64,000 nt of DNA. Source: Macrostomum lignano. Its lineage: Eukaryota. The notes under the pieces were generated by a model, which was not told the origin of the DNA, ran no database searches, and saw only the letters and a program-made list of their open reading frames with translations. The stretch covers positions 175,910 to 239,909 of the forward strand of contig NIVC01002284.1 of NCBI GenBank assembly GCA_002269645.1, in the 5' to 3' direction. This document shows, piece after piece, positions 25,312-64,000 of the stretch (position 1 is the first letter of the stretch; every line of letters begins with the position of its first letter). The position numbers and the translations under genes are program-made.

Positions 25312-26450
25312 TGTCTCTGTTTGACTCTGCCAGTCTCTGCGTGACTGCAGCCTCTGTGTTACTGCCAGCCTCTGTGTGACTGCCAGCCTCTGTGTGACTC
25401 TGCCAGCCTCTGTGTGACTGCCAGCCTCTGCGTGACTGCCAGCCTCTGTGTGACTCTGCCAGCCTCTGCGTGACTGCCAGCCTCTGCGTGACTGCCAGCC
25501 TCTGCGTGACTGCCAGCCTCTGTGTGACTCTGCCAGCCTCTGTGTGACTGCCAGCTTCTGTGTGACTCTGCCAGCCTCTGTGTGACTGCCAGCCTCTGTG
25601 TGACTCTGCCAGTCTCTGCGTGACTGCCAGCCTCTGTGTGACTGCCAGCCTCTGCGTGACTGCCAGCCTCTGCGTGACTGCCAGCCTCTGTGTGACTGCC
25701 AGCCTCTGTGTGACTCTGCCACCCTCTGTGTGACCTCCAGCCTCTGCGTGACTGCCAGCCTCTGTGTGACTCTGCCAGCCTCTGTGTGACTGCCAGCCTC
25801 TGCGTGACTGCCAGCCTCTGCGTGACTGCCACCCTCTGTGTGACTGCCAGCCTCTGCGTGACTGCCAGCCTCTGCGTGACTGCCAGCCTCTGCGTGACTG
25901 CCAGCCTCTGCGTGACTGCCAGCCTCTGCGTGACTGCCAGCCTCTGCGTGACTGCCAGCCTCTGTGTGACTCTGCCACCCTCTGTGTGACTGCCAGCCTC
26001 TGCGTGACTGCCACCCTCTGTGTGACTGCCAGCCTCTGTGTGACTCTGCCAGCCTCTGTGTGACTCTGCCACCCTCTGCGTGACTGCCAGCCTCTGCGTG
26101 ACTGCCAGCCTCTGTGTGACTCTGCCAGCCTCTGTGCGACTGCCAGCCTCTGTGTGACTGCCAGCCACTGTGTGACTGCCAGCCTCTGTGTGACTGCCAG
26201 CCACTGTGTGACTGCCAGCCTCTGTGTGACTGCCAGCCTCTGCGTGACTGCCAGCCACTGTGTGACTGCCAGCCTCTGTGTGACTGCCAGCCACTGTGTG
26301 ACTGCCAGCCTCTGTGTGACTGCCAGCCTCTGCGTGACTGCCAGCCACTGTGTGACTGCCAGCCTCTGTGTGACTCTGCCACCCTCTGTGTGACCTCCAG
26401 CCTCTGAATGACTGCCATCCGTGTGACTCTGCCAGCGGGTGTGACTGTCA
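25312..26450. repeat. Composite 18/20-bp minisatellite
   Basis: Units ctgccagcctctgtgtga and ctctgccagcctctgtgtga interleaved. Confidence 0.95.
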
Positions 26451-27625
26451 GCCTCTGTTACTCTTGACTGTCATCTAATCGTCTTTGCATTTCTCACAAC
26501 TCTTGTCGCCCTGCGCACAGCAGCTCTGTTTCAATCTACAGCTGGCTCTACTTCGGCAGCCGCTCCATATCCCTGACAGGGCTGGTAATTAAAATCCCTC
26601 AGAACTGAATAATTGCCGCCATTTTGAAACTCCAGCCCGCTTTGCTTGTATCTACGAGTAAAAAGAGCAGAGGCTGAGCGCTTTCGGAATGAATGCTTCT
26701 GTACAAATTTGGAGCGGCAATTTTGTCAGCAATTTCTCTGTTGAAAATTCAATAGCAAATTTGAAGCTGCCGAGTTGTGCTTTCATTTCTGCTGCTGCGC
26801 CGGCAGACAGAAAGCCAGGAAATTAGACGTCGGCAGATAAAAAGTCATCAAAGAATTGGGGGGGGGGCGGTGAGCTCTCCACAGCCCCGATTCCACATCC
26901 CCTTATTTCTCAACTGACGTCTGGCGCTTCTGACCAGCTCTCAATTTGCATAAATTCTCCTTCCCATCTCTGCCTCAACTGTGCTCATTGAGTTGCGCTG
27001 TCTGCAGCTCTGCCCCTCCGTCTGCTCCCCCCCCCCTGGCCAGCCAGTTTGCAGCGGTTAGGAATTTTAAAGTTTCTCGACAGTTTTCTCCTTTTTAGTT
27101 AATCTTGGGGCAAAAGCAACACGGCTTATTGCCTGGATTCGCACAGGAGTTCTTTCAGCGCACTTCAGTTCAGCGGGGAGCGAGGCGGCACGGGACGGGC
27201 TGGCTGCAACAATAAACTGCTGTGCACTTTTCTCTACTCTGCCACTCTGTGGCTCCCCCTCTTGGCTCGCCCTGCCACCCCTTCTTACTCTGAGCCACGG
27301 ACTCAGAGCTGCCCCGACCTCACTGTGGAATACCAGAGAGTGGACTGACACTCAGTGTAGAGAGGGCGGAAGTACAGCAAGGAGAGAGAGAGAGAGAGGC
27401 GGAGAAAGTCCCGTGCTCAGCTGAGTACTATGGTAGCTGCAGCTACAGCCGCCTGTCTGCAAGGCTTTGGCTTCTGAATTTCTGCAATAAAAGCGTGAGC
27501 AGAACAATCGAAAGCTTTGCCGACTCTCCGAGGCGGATTAGTGATAGAAGCTTGAGGAGGCCGGCTGCGGGTGTGCAGTGAGAAAGGAGTTGAGAAGTGC
27601 TCAGGCCGAGCTGGCGGCATGACTG

Positions 27626-27811
27626 ATGGACAGCCCCATCGCTGAGGACGATGACTATGTCTTTGCCAGCAGCCGCTCCTCTCCCGGCGGGCTGCTCAGC
27701 CTGCGACTGGCTCAGCAACAGGCCGCTCAGCAGCCAGCGCCTCCGCTGTCCCCGCAGTTTCTTTTGCTGACGCGGCCGAACTCCCTGCTGTACAGGCGGC
27801 GACGGCATCCG
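27626..27811 (+). CDS. Candidate alternative first coding exon of MAST
   Basis: MDSPIAEDDDYVFASSRSSP...RRRRHP, phase-0 donor CCG|gtaatt, followed by a (TCTG)n array. Confidence 0.5.
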
Positions 27812-27896
27812 GTAATTTTGATGGCAACGCCTGAAACTGCGGCAGATCAGCTGATCCTGGCTTGGCTGCATTGCCGGTGATCTGGCTTCCTTTGGT

Positions 27897-28150
<254 letters not shown>

Positions 28151-28908
28151 TCCCATCCATCTCCGCCCGCCATCCGTCACCCATCTTACTTGCACCAGTG
28201 CACCCACATGCGGGCTGTGCACCGCCTGACCCGCAATGTCCGCCACCCACCCCAATGCGATTCGATTCCATAAACTGCCACGTTTCCCATCAAATTCCTG
28301 TTCGGCCCGCTCCCCTCTCTGACCCCTGGCCCCGCCGGCTCTCAAACTTCTACTTCTTTCAGCTATTGAAAATCTTTTTGGCTCATTGCAGCCTCGGCAT
28401 GGCTCCGGGGTGGCGGTTGGGGCTGAATGAATGAACTGGATGGGGCCGGCAGGCTGCGGCGGCACCTGCTGCCGAAATGCGGGCGCAGAGGCTGAGGCAG
28501 TGAGGGGAGAACTGAACGCAGTATGCTTTGAATTCCAAGGAATGTAAAGCTTTGCTTGCCCGCTTTCTGGTGTCTGTCTGCCCGCCTGCCCCTCCTCTCT
28601 AGTTCTTCTTGACCTTGCGGAGGCGCTGCATAGATGCAGACTACGACGCATTCGTTCGGTTGCTGGGGCTTAAGGAGGCCCGAATGAACTCGCACCCTCC
28701 CCCTTTTTGTTCGCCCGTCTCGATCTGGCGTTGTTAAAATTTTGCAGTCTATTAAATTCCGCATCTGCGACTGTTTGGGAGGAATGCCTGTGTAATTTTC
28801 TCTTGTCTGCCAGCCAATCTTTGCGACTCTGATCTGTGCTGGAAACGGTGCACTGCGGCGTTTAAGCGCTTGTTTGTGTGCCGTCTGAGCGTTCTGTGCT
28901 TAGGCTAG

Positions 28909-29735
28909 GGTCATCTGACACTACCTATAAAACTAGAGTGTAGAGCTGTGGGGAGGTCATCTGACACTACCTGTAGAACTAGAGTGCAGAGCTGTGGGGA
29001 GGTCATCTGACACTACCTGTAGAACTAGAGTGCAGAGCTGTGGGGAGGTCATCTGACACTACCTGTAGAACTAGAGTGCAGAGCTGTGGGGAGGTCATCT
29101 GACACTACCTGTAGAACTAGAGTGCAGAGCTGTGGGGGGTCATCTGACACTACCTGTAGAACTAGAGTGCAGAGCTGTGGGGAGGTCATCTGACACTACC
29201 TGTAGAACTAGAGTGCAGAGCTGTGGGGAGGTCATCTGACACTACCTGTAGAACTAGAGTGCAGAGCTGTGGGGAGGTCATCTGACACTACCTGTAGAAC
29301 TAGAGTGCAGAGCTGTGGGGAGGTCATCTGACACTACCTGTAGAACTAGAGTGCAGAGCTGTGGGGAGGTCATCTGACACTACCTGTAGAACTAGAGTGC
29401 AGAGCTGTGGGGAGGTCATCTGACACTACCTGTAGAACTAGAGTGCAGAGCTGTGGGGAGGTCATCTGACACTACCTGTAGAACTAGAGTGCAGAGCTGT
29501 GGGGAGGTCATCTGACACTTCCTGTAGAACTAGAGTGTAGAGCTGTAGGGTTGTAGGGAGGTCATGTGACCCTAGAGCTAGAGTTTAGAGCTTTAGGGCG
29601 ATCATCTGACCCTAAAAATAGAGGAAGAGCTTTAGAGAGCTCATCTGACCCAAAAACTAAAGTGCAGAGCTTTAGAGAGGTCATGTGACCCTAGGACTAG
29701 AATGTAGATCTGTGGGCGGTCATGTGACCCCACTG
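28909..29735. repeat. 46-bp minisatellite, about 14 near-perfect plus about 4 degenerate copies
   Basis: Unit ggtcatctgacactacctgtagaactagagtgcagagctgtgggga. Confidence 0.95.
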
Positions 29736-29883
29736 ACACAATCATTGGTAAATGTTACGTACTTTAAAATGTTTCAATGTACCTATTTTGTGCTTACATG
29801 GTAAAAGCATTCGAGTATTTGGATTGAGCAGCTCATTTCACCTGCTAATTATCGCAATCAAACGAATATTAAAAAAACACAAG

Positions 29884-30024
29884 GAGGAGCCGCTCAGCCG
29901 CAACGGCTCGCCAACCAGCAGCGGCCACGCCAGGCCGCGCGCCCTCGGCCTGTTCCGCAGGCGGGTCTCGGACCCGGTGCCCGCGGCCGCCTGTGGCTGC
30001 CGTCTGCATGATTTCTGGGCAGCG
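29884..30024 (+). CDS. Candidate MAST N-terminal internal exon (phase 0-0, 141 bp)
   Basis: GC-rich island in AT-rich flanks; cacaag|GAG ... GCG|gtaaat; EEPLSRNGSPTSSGHARPRALGLFRRRVSDP. Confidence 0.55.
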
Positions 30025-30329
30025 GTAAATCCCCCACTGTGCCTCCAACAAAGCCGGACTTCATTTATGCGGCAGATTTTATTATCCTTCCACTCCAAGT
30101 CAAGAATACCTTTCTGGTTGTGGGATTTTAAAAACACAAAATCAATTTTTATTTTTCCACCGCGTCCATTTTTAACTCTCGACTCGGTTTTCGCGTTACA
30201 AATTTTATCCGATAACATTATTTTTTAAACCGCATGCGCAAATCAGTCTACTCACATGTGGCTGATCAGTAGATATATACGAATATTAAGTTTATAATTG
30301 TTCTATGTTGCCAAATTTTGCATGCGCAG

Positions 30330-63910
<33,581 letters not shown>

Positions 63911-64000
63911 TATTTTAATTGTTGCCAGTAACTTATTGACAGTTTCTGTTGTTTATGCTTTCAGTGCCCTCACCTTGTGGGCTACTTGCCCAGTGCTGCT

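Noticed and set aside
25217-26418. Long repetitive ORFs (265-392 aa)
   Set aside because: Translation of an intronic 18/20-bp minisatellite; open in several frames on the antisense strand.

Overview
Eukaryotic (metazoan) genomic DNA with GC-rich exons and repeat-laden introns. The (TCTG)n arrays, dense intronic minisatellites and high GC3 resemble a Macrostomum-type flatworm; this is inference, not verified. The window is dominated by one + strand MAST-family kinase gene (DUF1908, AGC kinase, PDZ). Its core exons run 30330-63910, and phase-compatible candidate 5' exons reach back to a SAM-domain exon at 11266. The intron at 44803-54415 holds three intact genes: TMEM237 (-, 2 exons) and two convergent intronless MICU2/3-type EF-hand genes that share back-to-back poly(A) hexamers. 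The MAST exons carry several 1-bp frameshifts (assembly error or decay), whereas the nested genes are clean. Left of MAST are a single-exon secreted PAN/Apple + C-type lectin gene and several mobile elements: a decayed RNase H-bearing non-LTR retrotransposon, a hAT-type MITE with 8-bp TSD, and relics resembling Crypton and pogo. A tRNA-derived SINE with a 13-bp TSD, sitting inside a minisatellite, and a piggyBac-like relic lie among the candidate 5' exons. More than 20 distinct tandem arrays cover roughly 15 kb by hand estimate, and almost every MAST intron has its own. No CRISPR array, rRNA or bona fide tRNA gene was seen.
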